Source: Octopus sinensis
Taxonomy: Eukaryota
Length of the DNA stretch: 64,000 nucleotides
Assembly (NCBI RefSeq): GCF_006345805.1
Contig: NC_043016.1
Coordinates: forward strand, 6,200,001-6,264,000
Reading direction: 5' to 3'
Shown here: in pieces, positions 51,860-64,000 of the stretch
How the letters are laid out: the number at the start of each line of letters is the position of its first letter
Position numbering within the stretch: position 1 is the first letter of the stretch
Program-made: the position numbers and the translations under genes
Notes under the pieces: generated by a model
What the model saw: the letters and a program-made list of their open reading frames with translations, nothing else
What the model was told of the DNA's origin: nothing
Databases searched by the model: none

Positions 51860-52080
51860 ATTAGATGGCAGAATCGTTAGCACACCCGGACAAAATGCTT
51901 CGCGGCATTTCTTCTAGTTTTACATTCTGGGTTCAAACTCCACCGAGATCGCTTTGCCTTTCTTCCTTTCGGGGTCGATAAAATAAGTACCAATTGCGCA
52001 CTAGGGTCAATGTAATTAACTGGACCCCTCCCCCAAAATTTCATGCTTTGTGCCTATATAATAAAAAGGATTATCATTAT
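51860..52080 (+). mobile_element. tRNA-derived SINE (second family); partial copy at about 51710-51840
   Basis: ggcagaatcgttagc...ctgggttcaaactcc...ttcggggtcgataaaataagtacc. Confidence 0.75.
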
Positions 52081-55000
52081 AAAAGATTAACTTTGTAGTT
52101 TCCGGAGCGGAGGTGGGGGCACATAAAAGCGGGAAGTGTCTTCCTTCAATAAATTGTGGCTCAAATCGAATAAAATAGAAAGAAATAGTGCCACATAATA
52201 ACGATTTTTAAAAATCCCTAATTGCTTCTACCTTCTTTCTTTGTAACCAATTTGGAGTTTGATTGCGAAACTTGCCACAACAAAATTATATGCATAAGTC
52301 AGAAGATAGTGTTGATCGAATTTGGACAAAATCTCATTCACAACTAGGACACCTTAACAGAAAGATTAAATCAATCTCTGTACTTGAAAGGTACATCAAT
52401 TTATTGACCACCACCACTGTACAAGGATAAAAAAAAGAAGCTTGATTTCAGCAGAGTCTGAACTCAGAACCCTAAGTTGATAGACTGATGGTGGTGGAGT
52501 TGCATGACAGGCAAAATATGGCTTTTCTACAATTGTTTGTGCCTAGCAATAAAACAAAAAAAGTGCTGTACTACATTTAACAGCAATATTGCAAGCTAAT
52601 GGCTGAGATACAGCTTTCCTATTAGGCAGAGCTTATGATTAAAAGCAGCATTATTCCAACCGTGATCATCCAGGTTTTTTCCTCCCTTGGGCACAATGTG
52701 ATAATCTAAGGCGGGAAGACTTGACTGTTATTTCTAGCAAATCGAAAGTTACGTGCAGCCCCCCCCCCCCTTTTTTTATTTGCCTCAGTTACAGAAACAA
52801 GGCAAACACCAATGATTACATTCGACAAAAAAATTCCGAGTTTTTTTTTTTTTTTCTAAATGGCCCATTTTTACCTATATCTACCTGTAATAAATAGAGA
52901 CAATGACAGAAGAATGCACATGGTCGCTAGAAATAGTAGCTAAAAAATACCCCCCTGACATCCCACCCTCTTGAAAGAAGGATGGTTCTTTATAAAATGT
53001 ACATTTTACCATACAAGAAGGGGATGGTCAAGACTGAAATTAATATCTGTCTGTTACATATATTTGCTCAATCCAGGTTGACCTGGGGCTAAACAATAAT
53101 GACGCCAAGATCCCCGCCGAAAGCCACCAATTTTGAAATATTATTTTCTTACATAAAACTCATCTTTTTGCACAAAATATTTCAAGTTAATTGGGTTTTT
53201 TTTTTTTTATGTGTGTTGGCCATTACCAACGATATAACTAACCGGAATGGTTATTTAACTGTGAAAATGCCTGCCTGCCTGGCCAGATCTCCTTCTTCTC
53301 CAGCAAATAATAATTCACTTGGGAGATCGATAACTTTTCTCTCTCACTCTCTTTGCCCAAATTAAACAAGGAAACAACGGCAATGTTTCCACATTTATAA
53401 TAATAATTCCAATGCTATACACCTCCGTAGATAATAAGATACACAAACATCCATGTGGATCCGACAGAAATAATGGGAACATCGCTTCAGACGGGGGGGG
53501 GAATTTATTTAGAAAGGAATTAAATAAAATGAAAAAGACCCCGAAAAGTTAGTGCATCGACCATTTTTGATATAAAGTGAAGAACAGATAAAGTGCGTGT
53601 CTGTATTAATGTGTGTGTAGAAGAGAAAATGCCATGTGAAGCGCATGTGTGTCTATTACATATCACTATGTGTGCGTGTGTGTATACATAAATGTATATG
53701 TATGTGTGTGCGTGTGTATACATAAATGTGTGTGTGTGTGTGTATGTATGTTACTAATAGTATGTGTGTGTGTGTGTTACTAATAGTGTGTGGCTGAGAG
53801 GGTAAGGAAAAAAAAATTTAAAAAAACAGAATAAGATCTGTTCATGTAGGAAACATACAATTTATAAAAGTAGGGGAGAAAAGATATGAACATCCATGTA
53901 GTAATATATGCCGAGAGAAATGTGTTTAAGAAAGAAAGAAGTGAATTAAGAGTTTGTTGAGTGTCGGGCGGGCGCCATCTTACATGAGAACAAGGTTGAA
54001 GAGTATTAAATAGTTGAGACACGAAATAAGGCAGATCTCGGTCTGAATATTATAGATGTGTACATGTATATTATATAGTATGCAATAGTGAAGAAAAGGG
54101 GACAAAATAAACATCAACTTTGTGTGCGTTTGTGTATATAAATGTGATACAAAGAGAAATAATGAGAACTGGGTAGAACATGGTTGAGAGACTTCAAGGC
54201 ATAATATTATATAAATAATTAGCAAGGTTTCAGGATTATATTGTATATATGTCTTAAATAATAATACGCCAGTGTGTATATACATAATTTGTATGCATAT
54301 ACACTCAGTGAATGTCAGGGATAGAATATTAAATTAACCAATATAATATATGCATGAGAAATGAGCAAATATTAAATTTAGTTTAAGCAAGATTTAAAGC
54401 TGGTTCATTTTTCTAATTCTCTTTTTTTTAAGATTATGTGTGGTTTGGAAAAGCAATTACAAGAAGAATAAGAAATAAGCAATTACAATAGACAAGAGAA
54501 ATGTGTGATTAGAATGAAGATTCATATGGATATGAATATAAGAAATAAAAACAGGTAAGAAGATAGAAACTACTACATTACATGGAATATGACAGCAAGT
54601 CCTGGCTTATATTATTACATTACAGCAGATATTCTAACCTACTCTATATATTATCACACATATATGGAAACATTACATTCATATGTAATAATACATACAT
54701 ATTATATAAGTATTACATTAGGATAAAGTGCGTGTGTATTAGTGTAATTCTATAATTATTATCATTCATTTTAAATAAGGGACATTTTAGTATAATTATC
54801 AATATATCTTCCTTTACAAAAAGGTTTACACTCTTTTTTTTATACATATAATAATTAAAACCTAAAAACACCAACAATGATAGAGCAAAATCAAGGATAT
54901 CAATTAAAAAGAAAGCTTAGAAAATTAAGTGGTGAGTAAATAAAATCTTTTAAAAAAATCAACAATTCAAAAACAATTTTGTTATTAAAGTAAAACAATT

Positions 55001-55759
55001 AAAAGAGAGAAATATTAATAAATGTATGTATATATATATATATAATAAAAGCACCTGTTATTTCAATATTTTGTGTTGTTTTTGCCTGCTTTCTCCATTT
55101 GCCATATTCTAGTATATAATATAATAAAACTAATAACTAGTGCTGATGATATTGTTGTTGATGCTCCTACTTTTCAAATGTGTCGTCGCTCCTGCTTTTT
55201 CGGCTTCTTTTCCTTTCTTTCCTGATGATAATAATAATGATGATGATGTCGGTGAAGATGGTGGTGGTGGTTGCGGCGGTAATAGTTGTATTGGTTATGC
55301 TGTTGATGATGGTGGTGGTGGTGGTGGTGATGCCAGCAATAGTTTATATTGTTGATGATGGTTTAGTGGTGACGGCTTTCTTCTGATATAGCAATTCTTT
55401 TCCTTTTCTTCTCAGTCGTAAAATCATTGATTTTTCATACAAACATGAAAGGTTCAGATAGAATACACATCAAACTAATGTGTACACATACATCTATGTG
55501 TATAAACTTATTTCAGGGCACTAAAGCTCTTTTGCAATAATAGCCATAATTCAAATATTTTTTTTTTAAGATATGGAAACAAAGTGGGTTTGCTTAATGG
55601 TTTAATTTTCCATTTTTGTATTCTTTCTCTTTATTCTCTAGACACCTTAATTTTTTATAAATATAAAACAATAGTAAGGGTTATATACAATTATATATAA
55701 TGCCCATATTACATATGCAATGTGTGTTAGTATATGTCTTACTAATATATATATGTATG

Positions 55760-55792
<33 letters not shown>

Positions 55793-56059
55793 TATATATA
55801 TATATATACGTTTGTGCATGTACTTGTTGGTTAAACTTTGAAATGGATCACAACGAAGCTAGGTCGCCTTTACTTTCCCACCGATTCTTCTTGTAAAATA
55901 TTTTTTTTTAAATTAGAATAATAATTACTTTCAAAAATTTACTAACTAAATCTCAATCTACATCGCCTTTTTAAAAAAAAAATCGATTCACAAACTTGCT
56001 TCTCTTAACTAAACCTCATTATATAAATTATATGTGAGTGTGTGTGTGTGTGTGTGTGA

Positions 56060-56790
56060 TTAGTTTCACAATTAAGATGCGTCTAATTGCAAGTGTGTAT
56101 ATAAATATACATATAATTATATATATGTATGTGTGCGTATATATATATATATGTGTGCGTATATATGTATGTGTGCGTATATATATGTGTGTGTGTGTGG
56201 TTAGTTTCACAATTAAGATGCGTCTAATTGCAAGTGTGTATATAAATATACATATAATTATAATATGTATGTGTGGGTATATCTATATATGTGTGCGTAT
56301 ATATATAGGTGTGTGCGTATATATATATATATGCGTGTGTGCATATATATATATATGCGTGTGTGTGTGTAGAGAATGTATTATGTGTGTGTATGGGTGA
56401 GCCTGACACTATGAGAGCGTAGACTGGGTCGTATTTCTTCTCTACGACTATACATACATTTATGCGCGTATATATATATGTGTGGGTGTGTGGTTAGTTT
56501 CACAATTAAGATGCGTCTAATTGCAAGTGTGTATATAAATATACATATAATTATATATATGTATGTGTGTGGGTATATCTATATATGTGTGCGTATATAT
56601 ATAGTGTGTGTGTGCGTATATATATATATATGCGTGTGTGTGCATATATATATATATGCGTGTGTGTGTGTAGAATGTATTATGTGTGTGTATGGGTGAG
56701 CCTGACACTATGAGAGCGTATGACTGGGTCGTATTTCTTCTCTACGACTATACATACATTTATGCGCGTATATATATATGTGTGTGTGTG
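56060..56790. repeat. microsatellite-laced tandem duplication (about 295-bp unit x2 plus partial copy)
   Basis: Block tagtttcacaattaagatgcgtctaattgcaag at about 56061, 56202 and 56495; block gggtgagcctgacactatgagagcgta...cgactatac at about 56395 and 56695. Confidence 0.9.
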
Positions 56791-56799
56791 TGTGAGAGC

Positions 56800-57055
56800 G
56801 CATAAGGATTTTTAGAGGCGAGCAGCGTTGTTGGCGTGTGTGTGTGTGTGTGTGTGTTAGTGGTGATATAAGAGAGAGGGGAAGAGAAGAAGAGGAATTA
56901 AGAGAGCCGACATTAGCATACACACACAAAACTACTACAACCGGGGGAACAGAGCGACGGCGGCGGCGGCGACGTCTCACAATGGACGGCACTGCGCATG
57001 CGCGCATACATTTCTACTCTGACATTATTCGACGAATGAAACAGAATAGAATGGA

Positions 57056-57060
<5 letters not shown>
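56800..57060 (-). promoter_or_regulatory. CpG-rich promoter candidate with NRF1-type palindrome
   Basis: TGCGCATGCGCG at 56993-57004 matches YGCGCAYGCGCR; local CpG excess and a (CGG)n tract. Strand is inferred. Confidence 0.5.
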
Positions 57061-57111
<51 letters not shown>

Positions 57112-57262
57112 GTATATGTGTGTATGTAGAATTATACATAAATATATGTTTGTACGTATATCGTACAGTGACATATGAGTGTATGTAGATATATATATAT
57201 ATAAACACATATATATATATATAAACATATATATAAACACACACACACATATATATATATAA

Positions 57263-57302
<40 letters not shown>

Positions 57303-57949
57303 ATATATATAAACACATATATATATATATATAAACACATATATATATATAAACATATATATATATATAAACACATAACGAATGGTGGTGCCCCAGCATG
57401 GCCACACCTCGTGAGCTGAAACTAGATAAAAATTTTTAAAATATATTTATATATATGCATTCATATACATATATATATTGGTGTGGCTGTGGTAAGTTTA
57501 CTTCCCAGCCCTCATTGTTCTGGGTTCAGTCTCGCTGCATGGCACCTTGGGCAACAGTCTTCTACTATAGCCCTGGGTCGACCAAAGCCTTGTGAGTGGG
57601 TTTGATAGATGGAACAAGAAATAAAAAAAAAACCTATAGTCCACTGGTGAGATCCAGAGATTCTCAGTATAGAAGACAGTAGTGCTCGGGATTAATTCCA
57701 TGGGGTAAAGAATGGCTGTAAGATGGATTAAGTTGAGCAGATATGGAGGCAATTATGCAGATAAACAATTTAGATATATTAAATATAATAGTTTGGATAT
57801 GAAAAATAAAATATGTACATGGGAAAAACAAGTGAAACCAAAAGATGGAGACTTTTAGACAATGAATATTTAAGTATAAATATATAGATATTGATATTAA
57901 TGGATCCAACTTAGAGTACAAGCAACAGAAAATTAAAGAGAAGAAAGAA

Positions 57950-58960
57950 AGGTGTTATGAGTCCAACTGCTGTTATTGGGGGCTCAGAGATCCATCATAA
58001 TGTTGGTAGGTGTAGTTCATTACAATATGCTGTAATGGGAGCAATCAACATTGGATAAGTTAAGCATCCATCATCAGGGTAGAGAAAATCTTACATTTCA
58101 GATGCTAATGCAGAGAAGTTCAAAGATGGAATGGTTAAATGTGGAGAGTAAAATAACTTCCAGCTAATAACTGTACAGCATGGGACAAACTAGACCAGGA
58201 TCTTGACAAGGTTCTGAAGGCCACACAAACAGGACCAATCAAAAGGTGATTGTCTCCAACATGTCCAATGAATATTTTGACACCAAAGAAAGGAGAGCCA
58301 CTATAGATGTACCCACAAAGCTCAAAAGAAGGGAGAGAAAGATTTTGTATCTGAGTAGAGAAATTAAGATTCAATAAGCAAGTCAAATGAACAAGTGTTG
58401 AGGAGAAAGAAAGCCTAGAAGTCTTTGGAATAAAATGTGCAAGCTAAGAAGGGCAGAAAGGTCTCATACAGTGAGGAAGAAGGAGCGAGCAAAGGAAGCT
58501 CACTTTACTAAGATCCCATACCAATTTACTAAAATACTGTTAGTAGAAGCAAGGTCTGAAAGACTAGTCAGCGTTAAAGGAATTGTGGAAGAATTCCATA
58601 CAGAGAGTCAAGCTAAGATTTTTTGTAGACATATATTAACTGCAGACCTAATGATTAACAAAACAAGAACTCCCAAAGAAGAGCTTATTTCAAAAGAACC
58701 AACATAGAAATAAGTCCAAGAGGTTGTATGGAAAGTTTGATCTGCATTTGCACCAAGACCAAGTTGTATAACTGACATTCCTAATACTACTCTACAGGCT
58801 GTGGTAATTCTTATTGAGAGTATGGGTAAAAGGCACCATATCATCATCCCGAAAAAGAACTGAAGGCTTCTTCATATTGAAGGAAGCAAATTCTCCAGAG
58901 ATTAGTCAGTTCCAAACCATTTCTGTGTTGAAGTCAAGATCTTAGTCCTATCTAAAAGGA
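57950..58960 (-). mobile_element. very decayed Penelope-like RT remnant
   Basis: Fragments LPILSIRITT (cf. RPILS), YVGSFEISS (cf. SFDVxSL) and SGSPFF..IFIGH (cf. MGSPL..ANIF) occur in the expected order next to a hammerhead motif. Confidence 0.4.
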
Positions 58961-59103
58961 TGATGTGAAGAATAAACAGATTTTGTTGTATTTAGGAATG
59001 GTCATTTTGCCAGTTTAGCCAATAAAAACACACGCACTATATATTTGGTGTTACTTTGCTTCAGCGTTATTTATTTTTTACATTAATCTTAATCTTATTT
59101 CGG

Positions 59104-59143
59104 CCAGAGTTCTTTCGTCACACTCCTGTGACCACATCAGTGG
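59104..59143 (-). ncRNA. minimal type-I hammerhead-like motif, one core substitution
   Basis: CCA-CUGAUGUG-GUCACA(GGAG)UGUGAC-GAAA-GAAC-UC-UGG: 6-bp stem II; A9 replaced by U. Confidence 0.6.
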
Positions 59144-60009
59144 TCCTTTGCTTTCTTCTTTCTGGCTAAACTGGCAAAATGACCATTCCTAAATACAACA
59201 ATATCTGTTTCAACACACAATTTCACATCAAAAATCTTGCAAAACAAATATATTAACGTAATAAACAGATTGATACATCTATTCAGAACGGTAGCATCCC
59301 AGAATTCTTTGGGTGTTTCAAATGCACAGGTGACTAGCTCCAAGTTCAGGGTAAATTGAGGTTATATCTTCTATTGAGGAGAGCCCGATGAAATTCTTGG
59401 GGGAATGATATGATGCCTTCTTTACTGACAGAAGCTGGAAGCATTTCATATACGACTGAGAAATAAGCAAATGCTTGACCGCAAAAGACAAAGGGGTGGG
59501 GATCAAGCATCCCAGATAAGTTTAAGGGCTCTATCATCCAGCATGAACTACAACCTAAACACACGTGAATGCTGATCCTATATGATATACTTATGACATC
59601 AGTAGGAGAAGTCAAGAGGTGAGTGAGCATATACCATGATAGATAACTTGATATTCTACAAAGTTTCACATCAGTTGGGCTGTACATAAGATATGGACAG
59701 TTACAGCCACCTCTCTCATCAGATGAAATTTGTGAAAGCTGGAGACTTAGGAAGACATGAGATGAAAGCTAATCTCAAGATGGAGAAGCCTTATGGAGGT
59801 GATAACCAAGAACCAAGGTGACTGGTGTGTCGTTGCACTTGAGAACTGATGTCCTAAAAGTACCTTGATTTCAATGTATGATTTCAATTAGCATATTTAT
59901 ACATATATGCACACACATATATATATATATATATATGTATGCTAATTGAAATCAAGGTGAGCTGAGTTTAACCCTATGTAACCATATGTAGATGCATATA
60001 AATATATAT

Positions 60010-60540
60010 ATATATATTGGGTTAGATGGTTTGACTGGAACTGGAAAGCTGAAGAATTGCACCAGGTTCCATTCTGATTTACCATGGTTTCTGCAGCTGG
60101 AAGCCCTTCCTTACGCTAACCATTCCAAGTGTGGGGTTTTTTTACGGATGATTTTTACATGTCACCAGCACGGGTACCAGTTATGTGACACTGGCATCAG
60201 CCACAACTATGGTTTCTTTTGACTTGATAAGTCTTCTCAAGCACAGCATATCACCAACGGTCTCAGTCACTTGCCATCGCCTTTTTTGAGGCCCAACATT
60301 CGTATGTCATCCTTCACTACCTTGTCCCATGTCTTCCTGAGTCTACCTCTTCCACAGGTTCACTCCTCAGCACTTCTTTACACATTTGTCTTTGTCCACA
60401 TGCATCACATCAGTGCAGGTGTCTCTCTTGCACAACACATCTCCACATCTGATGCCTCTTATGACCAGTTTTTCTCTCAAGACACACTCTGTTGTACATG
60501 AAACACTGACATTGCACATCCAGCGAAGCATACTAGCTTC
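60010..60540 (-). mobile_element. RTE LINE 3' fragment (older copy)
   Basis: Diverged reverse complement of 60863-61200 plus part of the tail. Confidence 0.8.
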
Positions 60541-60543
60541 AAT

Positions 60544-60574
<31 letters not shown>

Positions 60575-60808
60575 AAAGGTGTTTTTTCTAATTTTTAGAT
60601 ATATATATTATATTTTGTGAAATTTGATTTAGTATTTCTAAATTGAATTTTTCCCTGTAAGTTAGGAATAACATTCCTCAAATCAATCTCAACAGTCTGC
60701 AAAAGCACCTAAAGACCATGAGCACTTCTCTTCCCTGCATAAATATTAAGTTCTGCTATGTGACTCTCAGTGTATGTATCTTTGTTGACTATCACATAAA
60801 TGGGTATC

Positions 60809-60853
<45 letters not shown>

Positions 60854-60862
60854 ATATATATG

Positions 60863-61788
60863 CCAGTATGCTCCGATGGATATGTAATGTCAGTGTTCAT
60901 AATCGACAGAGTGTAAGTACCTTGAGAGAAAAGTTGGACCTAAGAAGCATCAGTTGTGGTGTGCAAGAGAGACGTCTGCGCTGGTATGGTCATGTGGCGA
61001 GAATGGCTGAAGATAGTTGTGTGCAAAAGTGCCACACCCTAGCAGTTGAGGGAACCTGTGGAAGAAGTAGACCCAGGAAAACCTGGGACAAGGTGGTGAA
61101 GCACGACCTTCGAACTTTAGGTCTCACCAAGGAAATGACTAGAGACCGAGACCTATGGAAGTATGCTGTGCGTGAGAAGACCCGGCAAGACTAGTAAGAC
61201 CATAACCCGTGGCCTCTACCTGGTATGTAGCCAGTCAACTTATACATACCTTTCCTTCTTGGGACACAAAACTCCACTTGTGAAGACCCATTGAGGCAAA
61301 TGAAAATCAAATCAAATGAAACCAAATCAAATCAGATATCAGAAAGCAGAACCAAAATCGAAGTCGATCAACATCAATGGAAATTGCGGCTGTGATACCA
61401 GTGCTGGTGACAAGTAAGCAAACCATCTGATGTGGCCGTTGCCAGCGCCGCCCCGACTGGCCTCCGTGCCGGTGACACGTAAAAAGCACCATCCATTCGT
61501 GGCCGTTGCCAGTCTCGCCTGGCCCCCATGCCGGTGGCACGTAAAAAGCACCATCCGTCCGTGGCCGTTTGCCAGCTCCGTCTGGCACCTGTGTGGGTGG
61601 CAAGTAAAAAGCACCCACTACACTCACAGAGTGGTTGGCGTTAGGAAGGGCATCCAGCCGTAGAAACACTGCCAGATCAGACTAGGCCTGATGCAGCCTT
61701 CTGGCTTCACAGACCCCAGTTGAACCGTCCAACCCATGCTAGCATGGAAAGCGGATGCTAAACGATGATGATGATGATGATGATGATG

Positions 61789-61790
<2 letters not shown>
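60863..61790 (+). mobile_element. 5'-truncated RTE LINE: ORF C-terminus, 3' UTR with internal repeats, (GAT)n tail
   Basis: ORF 60868..61194 MLRWICNV...ERRLRWYGHVARM...GRSRPRKTWDKVVKHDL. Confidence 0.9.
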
Positions 61791-61849
<59 letters not shown>

Positions 61850-61892
61850 TTACATATGTATTTATGTATATATATATATGCATGCCTGTATG

Positions 61893-61926
<34 letters not shown>

Positions 61927-62180
61927 ATACGGAGTAAACCCATAAATGTGAAACAAGGTGGAAAAAAGAGTACTCAAATACCAGTGGTAGAGTAATATGA
62001 TTTATTTAAAGCAGCAGAAAATTCAATGAACGGCAACGTGAAACTCAGAGTAACAGGTTTTGTTGAATTTTCTGCTGCTTTAAATAAAGTATATATATAT
62101 ATATATATATATATTTGTATGTATGTATGTATGTATATGAATATATGCATACATTATACTTATATACATATATGCATAAT

Positions 62181-62936
62181 TCCATCAGGAATCATTGCAG
62201 AGATGCTCAAAATATCTGGCGGTGTTGGCTATGGCATAGTCACCCGTATAGTTAACCAGGTGATACGCGAAGGAGTCATACCCAATGACTGGTGTAGCAG
62301 CATAATAGTCAACTGCTACAAAGGTAAAGGTGACACTTTAGATACAAATAATTACAGAGGTGTCGAATTGCTGGATCAGGTAATGAAGGTCACGGAGAGG
62401 GCCATAGCTCAACTAATTAGGGAGAGAATCAGTTTAGATGAGATGAAGTTTGGTTTCATGCCAGGGAAAAGCACCATTGATGTTATATTTCTGGTAAAAC
62501 AGCTGCAGGAGAAATACCTAGCCAAAGATAAACCTCTGTACCTGGCTTTTATTGACATGGAGAAAACCTGATCCCTTATCTGGTGGTCAATGCGGAAACT
62601 AGAGGTAGATGAGTGGTTAGTGAGAGATGTACAAGCAATGTACAGGGATGCTGTCAGTAAGGTGAGGGTTGGCAATGAGTGCTGTGAAGAATTCCGGTAG
62701 ATGTAGGGGTCCACGAAGGTTCAGTCCTCAGCCCACTCCTATTTATCATAGGCACTAACAGAGGAATTCAAGACAGGATGCTTCTGAGAGCTCCTCTATG
62801 CTAATGACCTTGCTCTAATTGCTGAGTCTCTATCAGAACTTGAGGAGAAGTTTCAGGTGTGGAAACAAGGATTAGAATCGAAGGGCCTTAGAATAACCTA
62901 GCTAAAACCAAAGTTCTAATAAGTAGGAAGGCAAAC
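62181..62936 (+). mobile_element. RTE LINE reverse transcriptase fragment (disrupted)
   Basis: IPNDWCSSIIVNCYKGKGD...NYRGVELL...FGFMPGKSTIDVIF...QEKYLAKDKPLYLAFIDMEK, then GSVLSPLLF and LLYANDL remnants. Confidence 0.9.
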
Positions 62937-63437
62937 GTAAGAGGTGCAGCAATATCAAAGCAAGGCTAAATGGGAAGATAGTTTTTGTATGTGGCAGATG
63001 CTCAGGAGCAGTATAAGGCTCTTATATATTTATAAAAAATGGATGTGTTATAAAACTAATTGGCACATACAATAACAACTATACCAACAATCTAACATAC
63101 CTCCATCATCAGCTACCACACAGATATTACTATGGTTTTGACACCTTGGCATTACCATTCAATCTAGCAGTCTCAACGGCTCTAAAATAAGTGTTGTTTG
63201 GAAACAAACATACCTTTGATATCATCACATTCATTCAGTCTTAATTCAAGGAAGGATTAAACACTAACATTATTAGTTAAACTACAACAATATATATATA
63301 TATTATATATAGAGAGATAACAGACAATTGCGCTTGGCAAAGCCCCCTGGCTTGCAAACTCTTGTCAAACTATCCAACACTTGCTAGTATGGAAAACACA
63401 TTAAATGATGAAGATGATTGACATGTGTATATCATCA

Positions 63438-63485
<48 letters not shown>

Positions 63486-63489
63486 TGAT

Positions 63490-64000
63490 GTTGACAGGTG
63501 CCTTCAAGGATACAGACACCAGCATCAAACACAGCACTGATGACTCACTCTTTAACCTCAGGAATCTTCAAGCAAACACCAAGGTCTTGACAGACATCAT
63601 CAATGTCTTCTTGTTTGCTGATGACACTACTCTCAATGCTGCCACCAAGGTTGACATGCAGCTCAGTGTTGACAAATTCTCCGAGGCTTCTGACAAATTT
63701 GATCAGTACAAAGAAGTCGGAAGTAATGCATCAGTGAATTTCTGGAAAGCCTTACACTGAACCCACCATTAACATCAATCAGCAGTGACTGAATGAAGTA
63801 GTTAAATTTCCATACTTTGGAGGCACACTTACCAGAAATGGTATTGATGATAAGGTAACCACCAGACTCAGGAAGACAAGAGTTGCTTTGGCAAACTCTG
63901 GAAGAAAATGTAGAACAAGAGAAGTATAACCCTAGAAACAAAACCAAGTTCATAGTTCTCAGATCTCTACTATATGGCTGCAAACTGTGGATTGTCTCCC
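63490..64000 (+). mobile_element. RTE (BovB-like) RT fragment
   Basis: DDSLFNLRNLQANTKV...FLFADDTTL...DKFSEASDKF; frameshifted downstream. Confidence 0.8.

Noticed and set aside
55140-55355. Plus-strand ORF resembling signal peptide plus Gly/Asp-rich peptide
   Set aside because: Starts at TTG/GTG-type codon, is explained by (GGT)n/(GAT)n repeats and has no supporting gene context.
59862-59960. 16-bp inverted repeat flanking a TA/CA tract
   Set aside because: Too short and typical of local template switching; no further structure.
61430-61620. Regularly spaced repeats superficially like a CRISPR array
   Set aside because: Eukaryotic LINE 3'-UTR tandem units; no unique spacers and no cas genes.

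Overview
AT-rich animal genomic DNA with dense (TA)n/(CA)n microsatellites, tRNA-derived SINEs, RTE and CR1-type LINE debris and Penelope-like element (PLE) remnants. This repeat landscape resembles an octopus/coleoid cephalopod genome (inference). Bases 1-19.8 kb hold the 5' part of a minus-strand domino/EP400/SRCAP-family SWR1 chromatin-remodeller gene. I traced a putative non-coding first exon plus 10 coding exons (11 with a 20-nt micro-exon) with consistent splice phases, including the HSA domain; the gene runs off the left edge. The rest of the window is mostly transposon-derived. It contains an isolated minus-strand exon encoding the Meis/PKNOX motif MIEAIRVLRYHVLELEK (46190-46239) and a CpG-rich NRF1-type promoter candidate near 57.0 kb. 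The most unusual signal is at least nine minimal type-I hammerhead-ribozyme-like motifs from about five repeat families. They include a twin canonical pair in an intronic fold-back and a family carrying a non-canonical CUGU-N-GAA core in all three copies. All coordinates, translations and foldings were derived by hand and may be off by a few bases; no database searches were run.
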